This document shows, one piece after another, positions 23,364-36,459 of a stretch of 64,000 bases of DNA. The position numbers and the translations under genes are program-made. Origin of the DNA: Octopus sinensis (Eukaryota); contig NC_043005.1 in NCBI RefSeq assembly GCF_006345805.1, forward strand, positions 94,178,001 to 94,242,000, in the 5' to 3' direction. The first letter of the stretch is position 1; each line of letters begins with the position of its first letter. Below the pieces are notes generated by a model, which ran no database searches, was not told the DNA's origin, and worked only from the letters and a program-made list of their open reading frames with translations.

Positions 23364-23486
23364 GCATGTATATATGTGTATATATATGTGTACATATTAC
23401 ATCTATATATATACATCTACACATAAAATACAAAATACAAAGTTATATCTTGATATCGCTAGTGATAACAATACTCAAAATATATA

Positions 23487-24029
23487 ACAGACTGGAATTG
23501 TAGGCCCGTCTCTTGCAATTTCGATCAATTGGATCTTGTCCTCCCTCTTGTATAGAAGTGTGGCTACAATTCAGCCTACCTCTACTTCTGGGGGGACATT
23601 TTAAATTTTTATCCGGGACGTCCTATGTCCCAGATATAAAGGTAAAAATAAAATATTTCCACTTTGCAAGGTTCGAGTCGAGTACTCCCTTGCACACTCT
23701 GTTGACTCAAACTTTGCTTCTATTGTGGCGAATTTACCGCCTCTGGTTATATACTTGATATCTTTCATAGTCGCACCAAGACACTTTTCGATGGTGCTTT
23801 CCTCCAGGTGTTCAAATCTTTTTTTCTCTACATTGTATACTTTATAGACAGTAGTCTTTTCTTTAATTTAATTTTTTATTTCATTTGGTGGTGTTATCCT
23901 AGATTCCCTGCCTTTGTCGGTGATCAATCCGAAATATGTTTGTATTTCTTCCATTTTAATTTTAATGAGTTCGCGCCCACCGACAGCTGCAGCGAAATTC
24001 ATTTTTGAACTTTCTTCTATCGCAGGCAT
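23487..24029 (-). pseudogene. Probable LINE ORF1 (RRM/gag-like) N-terminal fragment with in-frame stops
   Basis: Manual translation: MPAIEESSKMNFAAAVGG...KTTVYKVYNVEKKRFEHLEE...GGKFATIEAKFES...ILFLPLYLGHRTSRIKI*NVPPEVEVG*IVA; single frame with 3 stops; family assignment by resemblance only. Confidence 0.5.
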
Positions 24030-24371
24030 TTTAACAAAAATGCTTCTGTATAAACGGTGAAAATATTGTCAATTTCCCCAAACAGGGACACAATTCAATT
24101 TTTAAACAATAACCAAAGCTCCTTCTCCCAAAGGGGGAGGGTTACGGTTTACAATTATTTAACAAATGCAACACAACAATGTTTCCCTTACGAGGAACCA
24201 ACAAACATGATAACAATAGTTAAACAGTAATAATAATAACAACACACCTTACGGTGAATCAAAATGCAGTACGCAGTTGAAGCTATAGTCCTTTATGTAT
24301 AAGAAATAAACCAACAGCAGTACTCAGTAGAAGCGGTTGTTCGAGAAAACAGACATTACATACAGCCAAAC

Positions 24372-26150
24372 TTCATCATCATCATCATCATCGTTTAGCA
24401 TCCACTTTCCATGCTAGCATGGGTTGGACGGTTCAACAGGGGTCTGGGAAGCCAGAAGGCTGCACCAGGCTCAGTCTGATCTGGCAATGTTTCTATGGCT
24501 GGATGCCCTTCCTAACACCAACCACTCCGTGAGTGCAGTGGGTGCTTTATACATGCCAGATGAGGCTGGCAAACGGCCACGATCAGATGGTGCTTTTTAT
24601 GTTCCACCGGCACGAAGGCCAGGTGAGGCTGGCAATGGCCACGATTGGATGGTGCTTTTTACGTGCCACCGGCACGGAAGTCAGTCGGGGCAGCACTGGC
24701 AACTGCCACGTTCGGATGGTTCTCTTAGGTGCCACCAGCACTGGTATCACAGCTACAATTTCCATTGATGTTGATCGATTTCGATTTTGATTCTGATTCT
24801 CACTTGCTTCAACAGGTCTTCACAAGTAGAGTTTTGTGTCCCAAGAAGGAAAGGTATGCATAAGTGGATTAGCTACATCCCAGATAGAGGCCACGGGTTA
24901 TGGTCTCACTTGTCCTGCTGGGTCTTCTCACGCACAGCATACTTCCATTGGTCTCGGTCTCTAGTCATTTCCTCGGTGAGACCTAAAGTTCGAAGTTCGT
25001 GCTTCACCACTTCATCCCAAGTCTTCCTGGGTCTACCTCTTCCACAGGTTCCCTCAACGGCTAGGGTGTGGAACTTTTTCACACCGCTATCCTCATCCAT
25101 TCTCACCAGATGACCATACCAATGCAGTCGTCTCTCTTGCACACCACATCTAATGCTTCTTAGGTCCAACTTTTCTATCAAGGTACTTACACTCTGTCGA
25201 GTATGCACACTGACATTACACATCCATCAGATCATACTGGCTTCATTCCTTGCGAGCTTATGCATATGCTCAGTAGTCACTGCCCATGTTTCACTGACGT
25301 GTAGCATGGCTGTTCATACACATGCGTCATACAGTCTACCTTTTACTCTGAGCGAGAGGCCCTTTGTCACCAGCAGAAGTAAGAGCTCTCTGAACTTAGC
25401 CCAGGCTATTCTTATTCTAGCAGCTATACTTTCAGTGCACCCTCCTCTGCTACTGATTTGGTCACCTAGATAACGGAAGCTATCAACTACTTCTAGTTTT
25501 TCTCCCTGGAATGTGGCGGATGTTAGTCTCTGCACATTTTCAGTGTTTATTGCCTCCGAGCATCTGCCACATACAAAAACTATCTTCCCAGTTAGCCTTC
25601 CTTTGATATTACTGCACCTCTTGTGTGTCCATAGCTTACACTGGGTACATCTTATAGAGTTTCTACCTACACCTCTACTACAGATCGAGCAGGGCCATCT
25701 ACCTGAAGGGATTTGTGGTTTGGCTGCCTTCCTACTTATTAGGACTTTGGTTTTAGCTAGGTTGATTCTAAGGCCCTTCGATTCTAATCCTTGTCTCCAC
25801 ACTTGAAACTTCTCTTCTACTTCTGATAGCAACTCAGTGATTAGGGCAAGGTCATCAGCACAGAGGAGCTCCCAGGGGCATCCTGACTGGAATTCCTCCG
25901 TTATTGCCAGGAGGACTATGATAAATAGGAGGGGGCTGAGAACTGAACCTTGGTGGACCCCTACCTCTACCTTGAATTCTTCAGTGTACTTGTTGCCAAC
26001 ACTTACCTTACTTACAGCGTCCCTGTACATGGCTCACACAGCTCTCACTAACCATTCATCTATCCCTAGTTTCCTCATTGACCACCAGATAAGGGATCGG
26101 GAGACCCTGTCAAAGGCTTTCTCCATGTTAATGAAAGCCAGGTACAGGGG
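24372..26150 (-). mobile_element. RTE family C 3' half: RT C-terminus, PHD-like Cys cluster, 3' UTR, (GAT)n tail
   Basis: FINMEKAFDRV, GVHQGSVLSPLLF, LLCADDLAL, WPCSICSRGVGRNSIRCTQCKLWTHKRCS, GTCGRGRPRKTW. Confidence 0.93.
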
Positions 26151-26378
26151 TGTTATGTGTAGTTTGGGTTCTAATGGGAGAGACAACCAAATGAAATCCG
26201 TTGTTCTTGTTTACGTGTTTATTTACTATTCATGTTACACGGACTCAACATTCAGCATAGTGATACATAATATACTTTACACACAGTTTGTATTGTTCAT
26301 TAACAAAATAGTGCTAAAAGTGGGGATGTATTCTATACAAGTGTGCCAACGTATACACACAGATATGAATGTGTAACA
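26151..26378 (-). repeat. 3' LTR (228 bp, TG...CA) of Mag-type element
   Basis: TGTTATGTG...GTGTAACA; homologous to 54015-54232 and 63772-63997. Confidence 0.92.
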
Positions 26379-27450
26379 TCCCTTCTTCTTGAAAAAATAA
26401 AGGGGTCTTTTGGCAGTGAAGACAATATAAGTAGTCTCCCTTACTCTAATGGATTGTCAGCCTGAGGTGGCAATCCTGCAGCAGAAATCATGAGATTATT
26501 CTGCCTCTGCTTTGTAGTCTAGCTGAATTAGTTACTTATCTTTTCATTTTCTTTCTTTTTTTCTTTAACGGTATCGAACCGGTGGCAGGATGTTCTTTCT
26601 CCATCTGGTGGATCTTGTGCTTCGCACCGGTGTCTGAGGTGTGTTGTTGGGCTGCTGATAGGTGGTTGGTGCCCGTTGGGGTGATGATTCTGTAGGTGTT
26701 GTCACTGATGCAGCAGGTGTTGTACACGTTGTCCTCGACAGCTTTGGTGTTGGGCGGATGTGGGCCCTGTTGCGTCTCAGCTGCCTACCAGATTCTGTTT
26801 CTATCATATTTGATCTTGGAGTTTCAACTCTACTGACAACCTGTGCTGGGATCCATGTTTTAGTTATGGGATCTTGAGTATGCACATGTTGTCCTCCAAG
26901 TATCTCAGGTAAATATTGTGCATGTTTGTTGTAATGCCTCTGTGATTGTTCTTGAGTGGCTGCTAGCTTTGCCCTTGTCTCTTCCTGGTCAATAGGAGGT
27001 TGGATCTTAGTTGGCAGGGTAGTTTTGTACTTCCTGCCATTCAGCAATTCTGCTGGGGATTTCATGTCAGCTCTCAGTGGTGTCGCTCGTAGGGACAGAA
27101 GTGCCAGGTGTGGGTCTTCCTTAGTCTCTCAGCATTTGATTAGTGTTCTCTTCACTGTCTGCACCTGTCTTTCTATAAACCCATGACCTTTGGGGTAGTG
27201 TGGAGATGAGGTTGTGATATTGAACCCATACTCATCGGCTAGCTTTTTGAATTCTTGCGATGTGAACTGGGTTGGTATTCCTTGCTTTGCTAGAAGTCCT
27301 CGAGCCACTGTAGTGATTGTTTTGGCTGTCAGGTCTTTCACTTTTCTCACAAATGGAAATTTGGAGTAGTAGCAGGCCATTATCAAATACCATTCTTGGC
27401 CCTCTGTGAACAGATCTACTCCAATAGTTTGCCATGGCCTTGGGATGTCA

Positions 27451-28815
27451 CTAGATATCATTTCCTCCTTTTGTTGTGAGTTTCTGTACTTTTGACAGAT
27501 GTGGCATGTAGAAACTGTGTTTTCTGTCTTTGTACATGCCTACCCAATATATTGCTGACTTGGCTCGGAGCTTGCATTTCTCCATTCCTAGATGCCCTTG
27601 GTGGATCTTGTCAAGAATCTCCTTTTGCATTGACTTGGGTATAATGATTCGGGATCCAGCCATCAGGATTCCATCCTCCACTGATATATCATCATGGATG
27701 GCCCAATATTCACGAATTAGGGGCTGCACCTGATGTCTCTTTTCTGGCCACCCCTGAATCACCATCTGAGTAAGGAGCTGAAGTTCTTCATCTTTGCTGG
27801 TCTCCTCTTTGATTTCTGCTAGCTTTGTGGTTGTCACATTCACAATGTGGTGGACCTTTATGCTTAGTCTTTCCATCTCCTCTTTATCATGTGAGGATAG
27901 TCTGGAAAGAGCATCTGCCAATATCAGGTCTTTTCCTGGCTTGTACCTGATGTCATAGTCGTATGTTTGAAGCCTTAGTAATAATCTTTGCAGTCTGGCT
28001 GGTGCTTTTGTCAGGTTTTTTCTATGTATTTGTTCTAGCGGGCGATGGTTTGTTTCTATATTGAAATGTCTGCCATACAGGTATGTATGGAACTTTTCAC
28101 ATCCATATACTACTGCCAGAAGTTCCCTTTCAATATTTGCGTACTTTGTCTCTGTGGGTGAGAGAGCTTTCGAGGCATATGCAATGGGTTTACCTTCCTG
28201 TATCAGTGATGCACCAACTCCTCTCATAGAAGCATCGACTTGGAGTGTTACTGGTTTGCGTCTGTCATAGTATTGCAGAGTTGCCTCCTTACTGATGAGC
28301 TTTTTGATTGATTTGAAATCCTGTGTGTGTGAAGCACACCAATCAAACTCTACGTCATCTTTGTTTAGCTCTCGGAGATTTGCAGTGTGATTGGCCAGCT
28401 TGGGTATGAAGGCTCCCATGTAGTGAATGAGTCCCAGGAATCTCCTGAGTTCCTTCTTGTCTTTAGGTTCTTTAATGTCTCTGATGGCTTCCACTTTAAC
28501 GGGGTCTGGTTTAACTCCCTCTGCAGAGTATATAATTCCAAAGAATTTGCACTCCTTTTCTTTTATTATACACTTGTCTGCATTGAGTTTGATGCCTGCT
28601 TGTCGGGTTTTCTCCATAGCTTCATGTAAATTGAAGTCATGTGTGGTCTCATCCTTGCCATGCACTTGGATGTCATCTGCTATTCCAATTGCTCCCTTGC
28701 AGCCTTGGTAGGTCCCATCTATTTGGCGCTGGAAAACATCTTGGCTCACCTTCAATCCAAATGGGAGTCGGTTGAACCGATATCTGCCAAATGGTGTGTT
28801 GAAGGTAGTGAGCAT
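27451..28815 (-). pseudogene. pol: Gypsy pol fragment (RT-RNase H-integrase zinc finger), 454 aa open
   Basis: Track ORF with RT, RNase H and HHCC motifs; frameshift near 27500 into integrase core ORF 27129-27461. Confidence 0.9.
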
Positions 28816-28817
28816 TG

Positions 28818-29395
28818 AGCCAGGTACAGGGGCTTATCTTTGGCTAGGTATTTCTCCTGCAGCTGTCTCACCAAAAATATGGCATCAGTGGTACTTTTCC
28901 CTGGCACGAAACCAAACTGTATCTTATCCAAGTTGACTAACCCAAACTGCATCTCATCTAAACTAACTCTCTCTCTAATTAGTTGGGCTATGACCCTCTC
29001 CGTAACCTTCATTATCTGATCCAACAGCTTGATACCTCTGTAATTATTTGTATCTAGGGCGTCACCTTTACCTTTGTAGCAGTTGACTATTATGCTGCTA
29101 CACCAGTCATTGGGTATGACTCCTTCATGTATCACCTGGTTAAATATACGGGTGACTAGGCTGTAGCCGACACTGCCAGATATTTTGAGCATCTTTGCAG
29201 TAATTCCTGATGGGCCTGTCTTCATGCTTCTAATTGCCTTGACTACCAAGGAACAGTCAACTCGGATAGCTGGTCCCTCTGTTGGGTCGACATTCGGTAG
29301 ACTCTCTTTATCCCATGCATTTTCTTTATTCAGCAACCTTTCATAATTGTGTCTCCAAACCACTCTCTTTGCATCCTCATTTAGCGCAAGTGATG
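28818..29395 (-). mobile_element. Continuation of the RTE family C copy (RT N-terminal part)
   Basis: NYRGIKLLDQIMKV, QFGFVPGKSTTDAIF, QEKYLAKDKPLYLA; joins 26150 across the Gypsy insert. Confidence 0.92.
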
Positions 29396-30402
29396 CATTG
29401 ACAGGCTTTGTCCTTGAATGTGGCTTGGTACCAGCAAAGATTGGAAACTGTTGGAGTAGAACTAGGTGACTGTGACTTAGAATGGCTTCTGCTGCGAGGA
29501 CAATGAGAGCTGGCATGTTCTTCCCACAATGTGTCCATGTGACGTGCTAGTACATCGACTCTCTCCAAAATGTTGTCATGTGACGAGGGAGAAGACTTTG
29601 TGGTAATAGAGGAAGCTACTACGGGGTCTGAACAGGTATGGTGAGGTGTGGGCTGCACAGTGAACTCTATGATCTTGTCCGCCATGATCAAGCAAATTGG
29701 AATCGACCATTGTGGCATGTATGGATTGGACATTCGGTGGTAGACGAAAGAAAAACAATTTCCTAAGCAGAGGATTGTCCTCACATGAAGTGTCGCTGAG
29801 TTTACACAAACGACAAAGAAACTCAGATGGTGTCCTATCTCCCAGGTGTTCATCCTGCATCAGTGTCCGGAATTTACTTTCCATGGATTGTGTGTTCTGA
29901 CGGAGAACCTCGGATTTGACGGACGAGTAAGTCGCATCCGGATGTGGGTCAGTGATGAGATATTTCACTGAACGTGCAAGGGGTGCAGGCATCTCACTGT
30001 ACAAAATATTTAGCTGCTGTTGATGAGGCACAGCACGGGTGGAAAAATATGCATCCAATTGAGCAAACCAAAGCTTAACATCACCAAAGTACGCAGGTAA
30101 GTTGGGAAGACTCATTTTGTATAGAGAAGAGAAAAAAAGGACCAACGAATCGACTAAAGTGTTGCTGGAATAGTACCGTGTATGCGAAAAAAATATTCTT
30201 GGCAAAATTTTTGTATCTTTTTGTGTACTGTGTTGCAGTCCGCTGAAAAAAACGTTTGTATTTTTTTTTTTAATCATCAGAAAACGACAAGCAAACTGGT
30301 AATTTTTTTTCAATACGTGAGGCATTCCGAACATTGCGGCAGATAGGAACATTGGCTGGAAGTTGATGTTCGACTTGCTTGAAGTGTCCTCCTGTAGCTA
30401 CA
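29396..30402 (-). mobile_element. gag: CsRn1-type Gypsy gag-only fragment with leader and possible LTR remnant
   Basis: From 30115: MSLPNLPAYFGDVKLWFAQLDAYF...LGDRTPSEFL...RLPPNVQSI...ADKIIEF...CWYQATFKDKA; TGTAGCTACA at 30393-30402 resembles the LTR start of the 37181 element. Confidence 0.8.
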
Positions 30403-30789
30403 TTTGGTGTATCTACTGGCATCAAACATTGACGGTCGACATTGTAGGATAAATTACTTCAGCAGGAGATTACATGAAAGAATACCATGTCGTTCCTTGT
30501 AGAAAGAATGCATACTCTGCGAGGTACAAGTTCGAGGCAAAAAACAAATTCTAAAGGTTCACTTGAATGAGAGAAGATATTCTGATGTCGGGCCAGATTG
30601 CCATTCTGTAGTTCGGGTGAGGCATCTACAATGAGAAAGCTTGCAGCTGCCGAAATCCTTTTTCTGTCAGGCTCGTCATCTTATAATGGAATTGAAGGCT
30701 TGTGATACCTGTGGAGTATCTCTGCAAATGGTTGCAGGCAAGATATTGCTCCTGTCTCAGACATGGAAATGGCTACCGGCGAAATCTCA

Positions 30790-30990
30790 TACAAAATGAC
30801 ACTGGTTTCTTGTGTCTTGCTACAAGGGTGTTGATAGAAACTGCCTTCATTGCACCCAGTGCAAGCTTTGGACACACAAGAGGTGTAGCAGCATCAAAGG
30901 AAGGTTAATGGAGAGAATAATCTTTGTGTATGGTAAATGGGAAAGTACAATAAGCACTAAAAATGTGCTGACAAACTCCAGTTTCTATGG
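30790..30990 (+). mobile_element. RTE family C remnant (PHD-like segment)
   Basis: CYKGVDRNCLHCTQCKLWTHKRCSSIKGRL matches 25314-26030. Confidence 0.8.
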
Positions 30991-32030
30991 CTGAAGAGGA
31001 GATAACCACCCCAAAATGCTTGCATCTCATAGTCGGATTAGGTGGTACTGTAAGCTGATTTACGTGTATTCACACCATTTGTCTATAGCAAAAATTTTTA
31101 TCCACGACAAAACACAGTGTGTGGTTTGTTTACGAGTTCCAACGTGCCACTGGCATATTCGAACTGGTAATAACATTGCAATAATTAATGAGGTGTTGGC
31201 AAAAAAACCCTCAAAAAATCCAAAGAATAACGTATCTGTTTATTTTTAGTACATTCTGGCAAATTTGAATATAAATATCTGATGGCTGTCGTTTTTTCCG
31301 GTCAATGAATACCCCCCCCCCCCCGTTATTTAGAAAATGTGTGTCCATAATATATATGATTTACCGGTGTAAGAGGCCTTTCAGACACCAATCGAGACAA
31401 CATCAGAACAAATGATGTGACTCATAACCATTGCCTTGTTTTAGCGATTAGAAGATAATAAAATGCGTTAAATAATAAAAAGAAAAGTGTGATCTAACGA
31501 AAGCTAAATTCAAACATTTCAGAAAGGACCTTTGTTTTATCTTCAAAACTAAAAAATACAGTTCAGAAGTATTTTAGTTTAGTCGACACCGACTTTCACT
31601 ATTTTCTTCGAATCAATTGCTTTTTGACTTGGCCCCCCAAGATGGAAGTTATCTCCCTTATAATCTTTTATGAGTTATTTCCCTTGTCGACTTGTGAGTG
31701 TTTTATGTACAAATATTTGTGACACCGGCACACTGCTGGAAATAAAGGTGATAGTGTGGAATAGTCAAAAATGTCACTGGTACTTTAAACATGTAGTTGA
31801 TTTCGACTGAATTTCACGTAGCAGCGAGGAACAAACACAGCAGGGCATTTGGTATGATGGTCTAATGATTCTGCCAATCCACCACCACCAGCACCATATA
31901 AATAACAAAAATTTAAAATAACACCAAAAAACCATAATGAGCAAACGCAGTCATTACAAACACACACACACTTATAAACAAACATATACACTTAGATTTT
32001 ATAGCACAAAACTACAGGATTTAAAGAAGT

Positions 32031-32063
<33 letters not shown>

Positions 32064-32077
32064 TACATACATACCTA

Positions 32078-35000
32078 CATGATGGCCATCCACTTGTGAC
32101 CGAGGAAGACCATTGCCGACCTTCAGGAACATTGTGCGCTCTAGGACTAACTTATATTTTGCATTTGTGGCTCCGTTGGTGGCTAATGAGCCCTGCTCTT
32201 GATGAGCATACACGACTGCAAACATTGCAGACCAAGCTTTCCCCATTTACTATACGAGCCATGCGCTTTCGTGCAGCTCGCTTAAGTTCTTCATGCTGGA
32301 TACGTGCTCTCTCAAAAGTGTTGATCCCCTCCTTAACTTGCATCCTCCATCTGTGGCGATGACAGGCATTGTTCTCCCTGTCAGTGTCCTGCATATCACA
32401 GGCCTTTAATGAGGACTTGACACAGTCCTTAAATCGCAGCCTTAGTTTCTGCCGGAGTCTCCTTCCATTCACAAGTTCTCCATAGAGCATCTGCTTAGGA
32501 ATCCTGCTTTCCTTCATTCTAAGGAATCCTTCATTCTTAGGAATCCTGCTATCCTTCATTCAGTCCAACGTAATGGGTGCTTGTGCACCATCGCCTCAAT
32601 ACTCAAGATATCAGCTGTCCTCAGGACCTGTGTGTCTGGAATTTTTGAGGTCCAGCCAACATTGAGAATGTGTCTGAGACATCTCTGATGAAAGCGTTCA
32701 AGGACCCTTACCTGACGTTTGTACAGAGTCCATGTCTCACATGAGTAGAGAAGCGATGTCAGTACACATGCATGGTACACAGCAACTTTTGTTCTTGCAA
32801 TGCCATGTTGGGACCAGACACGAGACTGAAGAGACCGGAAGGAATTAGTTACTCTCTGCAACCTGAAAGATATTTCCTCATCCAGGGAGCAAGAACAGCT
32901 GAGTGTGCTGCCCAGGTAGACAAACTTGTCTACTACCTTCAGAATTGTTCCTTCAACCAAGATAGCTGGTTCCATATATGGATTTCCGGGTGCAGGCTGG
33001 AATATTACAATAGTCTTGTCCAGGCTAATGCTGAGTCCAAATGCCCTGCAAGAAGCAGAAATGCAGTTCATGAGTATTTGCATGTCATCCACTGTATGAG
33101 TGACTAAGTCACAGTCATCTGCATAAAGGAGGTCACGAATAATAGACTTGGAAACCTTTGAATTGGCAGCAAATCGGCGAAGATTAAAGAGGTGGCCAGA
33201 AGATCGATATCTGATATATATTCCCAGAGAGCAAGCCTTAGTAAAAGCATGAGTAAAAGTACAAAGAAAAGAGAGTTGGGGTAAGGATGTCACCCTGCTT
33301 GACACCATTCTCTACAGGAATGGGTCCCACCATGGCACCACCAACATTGACCCAAGCCTCCATCCCATCATGAAATGATTTAATTATAGATACAAAGTGA
33401 TCCGGACATCCAATTTTGCCAAGTATTTTCCATAGAAAGGCCCTATTTACAGTATCAAAGGCCTTTGTTAAATCAATGAATACCTGGACAAGATCCATAT
33501 TCTGCTCATAGCACTTCTGCATCTGTCGTGCTGTGAAAATCATATCCATTGTCCCTCTACCAGATCAGAAGCCACATTGAGATTCAGATAGGACATCATT
33601 TACGAGACACTCATTCAGACGGGTAAGAAGAATATTTGCTAGAACCTTGCCAGCAGCTGATAGTAGAGCAATACCTCTGTAGTTACCACACATTGTTCTG
33701 GCTCCTTTTCCTTTATATAGAGGAAGAATAATTATATCCTTCCAGTCCTTAGAGATTGCACCATCCCTCCAGACTGCACTAATAAGTTCATGAAGGGATT
33801 GTGTGATGTAATTATCACCAAATCGCAAGACCTCAGCACAAATTCCATCCTTCCCAGGTGCCCTACCAAGATTCAATTTACTTATTGATGTCATTCCTTC
33901 ATCTATTGAGGGCGGGGTGTCTAAGGAGCCAATGATAGGTCTTTGTTTCATAGTATCAATCACTGTTTCATCCACAGCTGACTCATGGTTTAGGAGTTCA
34001 GAGTAGTGTTCGATCCAGCAACCTGTGATTTCTGTTGATTTAGTAAACAGAGTGGGAGACTCCTTGGAAAGCAAAGGAGCTGATGATAAAGCTTCTTGCT
34101 GTCATTTGCATCAGCAGCAGCCTGAACATCACGAGCAAAATCCTCTCACTAAGTGTTCTGCATCTTCCTGAGAGATCGCTGCAGTAGTGATTTTACACTG
34201 TTATACTTTGCTGCAGAGTAGACAGTTCTCTGGGCAGCAACACACTGTGGGCATGGCGCTTTACCACTAATAGTCGCTGAATTTCAGCATCATTCTCATC
34301 AAACCAGTCTCTGTGTCTGGCAGTAACATACCCCAGTGTTTTGGCAGCACATTGAACAACCTGGTCTCGAAAATCTTCCCATGCTGCAGCAGTTTCAATA
34401 CTGGACAAGCGAGTCTGAAGATCTTTCCTAACCACAACGTCATATACCTTGTGGACATTTAGACGGCGAGGAATGCTGACTGGTCCTCTTCTCTCTTTCG
34501 CCCTAATCACCATTCGGAACTTTGCTCACACCAGACTGTGGTCTGTCCAGCATTCTGATCCATGCAAGGACTTGACATTACAGATGTCATAAAAGTAGCA
34601 CTTGCGGATGATGACATAATCCAGCAAGTGCCAAACTTTGGACCTTGGATGTATCCATATTGTTGTGTGATCACCTTTGTGCACAAAATGAGTGCTTGCA
34701 ATGTAAAGTCCATGTTCTTCACAAAGCTCCAGTAGCATGAGACCAATGCTATTCATTTTCCCCACTCCAAAACATTCGAGAGAGTTCCATGTTTGCCAGT
34801 CTGTTCCAACCCTGGCATTAAAATCCCCCAGTAGAATGACTTTATCAGAATTGGGAATTTTTCTAAGTATGGCTCTCAGCTGGGTATAAAAGATTGTTTT
34901 ATCTTCATCACAGCTAGTCAAAGTAGGTGCATAGGCACTTATTAGAGTAGCAAACCGCTTACCTTTCAAGTGCAACCATAGCATCATTATACGTTCATTT

Positions 35001-35960
35001 ATAGGAACAGGGAGCTCTTCCAACTTCTTAAGGATATCAGATCAGACTGCAAAACCAACACCAGCCTCTCTGCGCTCATCCTTCTGCCTTCCTTTCCAAA
35101 AAAAGGTGTATCCACCTCCTACTTCCTCAAGCGACCATCACCTTCTATACGAGTCTCTGAGAGTGCAGCTATATCAATTTTATAATGGTTCAGCTCACGA
35201 GCAACAAGTGCAGTGCGTCTTTCAGGCCTGCAATCACTCCTGTTGTCCAACAGAGTGCGCACATTCCAACATGAAATGTTTAAGTTCCGTCCAGATTTTA
35301 TAGATAAAAGACTCTTTGTTTTTCGAGCGCAGGGTGGACATCTGTCAGTTGCGCTAAACTGACCAGATATGGAAAAACAGGCAATTTTTTGGGTTCGCCT
35401 TTTCTAGAACCTCCCCAGTCTCCGGGTGAGCAGTGCCCTCTCCAAATGGAGCTGCTCAGACACCCATGCAGCAACCAAATCCTACCGCTGTCTTGGGCGA
35501 CAAGGAGACAACTTTATATCTAGCATGGGCCACCTATGTGCAGGTCACTGACTACATGCTTCCAACCCATCAGGTCTGCATGCTTCACCACCTTCCCATC
35601 GCCGCAGGACTTCCGAATAAAAAAAAATATATATATATATATACTAAAAATGAAGAAAATATATGCTAAAAAAAATGCACATATCAAGCAGAGGTCGGCA
35701 ATGCCTGTGCAGAGTTTTAGGTCCAATAAGGCTTGCACAACACCTCATAGACCCTCTCCACTTTATTGACAAGCCGGAGCAAGATGTCTGGTGCCAATAT
35801 GAGTCGCAGGCTCAGGGATGTGGGAGCGCCGTGAACTCTAGCACAAAGATCCCCAAAATGTCCAATGCCATTCCCTGCATATCTGGTTTTATATCAGAGT
35901 GACCTTCTCCTAGAGACATGCTTTAACAAAAGCTGAGGGGTGCCTCACTCCCAGTGGTCT
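32078..35960 (-). mobile_element. RTE-BovB clade LINE (family B), near full length, degenerate
   Basis: APE (ISAYAPT, LLGDFNARVG), RT (NYRGIALLS, ESQCGF, FIDLTKAFDTV, GVKQG, LLYADDC), C-terminal C2H2 (CNVCSRVCSSRAGLISHQRSH); many frameshifts. Confidence 0.92.
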
Positions 35961-36039
35961 TTCAGCATGCCGGACACCATCCCGGAATTTCTGCACGCAC
36001 ACATACACACACACACACACATACATATGTGCACAGTTG

Positions 36040-36330
36040 TAAAAATTAGCTGACCATCAGATGTTAACATAAAGCTGAAGATCAGTGAAAAAGAGAACAC
36101 CTATGCTGAACTATTGAATAATCTGCAGTTACTCTATCCAGATTACAAGTTCAGGTCTATACCTGTAATTATTGGGGCCTTGGGATATGCATCACACTGC
36201 CTAAATACCAATCTTGAGAAATTAGGCTTCTCAAAACCAGAAAGGAGAATGCTAATTCGAAGGCTACAGATCCAATTCATCGCTGGAACTGTAAAAATCT
36301 GTAATACTTTCCAGCAGTTTATCATTTAAA
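36040..36330 (+). mobile_element. 3' end of an RLE-encoding (R2 superfamily) LINE
   Basis: KISEKENTYAELL...IPVIIGALG...LEKLG...QFIAGTVKIC, the C-terminal signature of restriction-like endonuclease LINEs. Confidence 0.75.
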
Positions 36331-36459
36331 TATATATATGAGTATGGCTAGATATGTAACTATATGCATGAGAATACATACATAAAACATACAAATCTAC
36401 ATACATACATACATACATACATACATACTTACATACATACATACGTACATACATATATA

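Larger units (their letters stand above)
26151..28817 (-). mobile_element. 5'-truncated Mag-type Ty3/Gypsy fragment (RT C-half, RNase H, integrase, PPT, 3' LTR) inserted in RTE
   Basis: TPFGRYRFNRLPFGL, IADDI, QVDAS, ERELLAV, HQGH...C, SSPHYPKGHGFIER; PPT AAGAAGAAGGGA next to the LTR; 15-bp duplication of RTE sequence on both sides. Confidence 0.92.
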
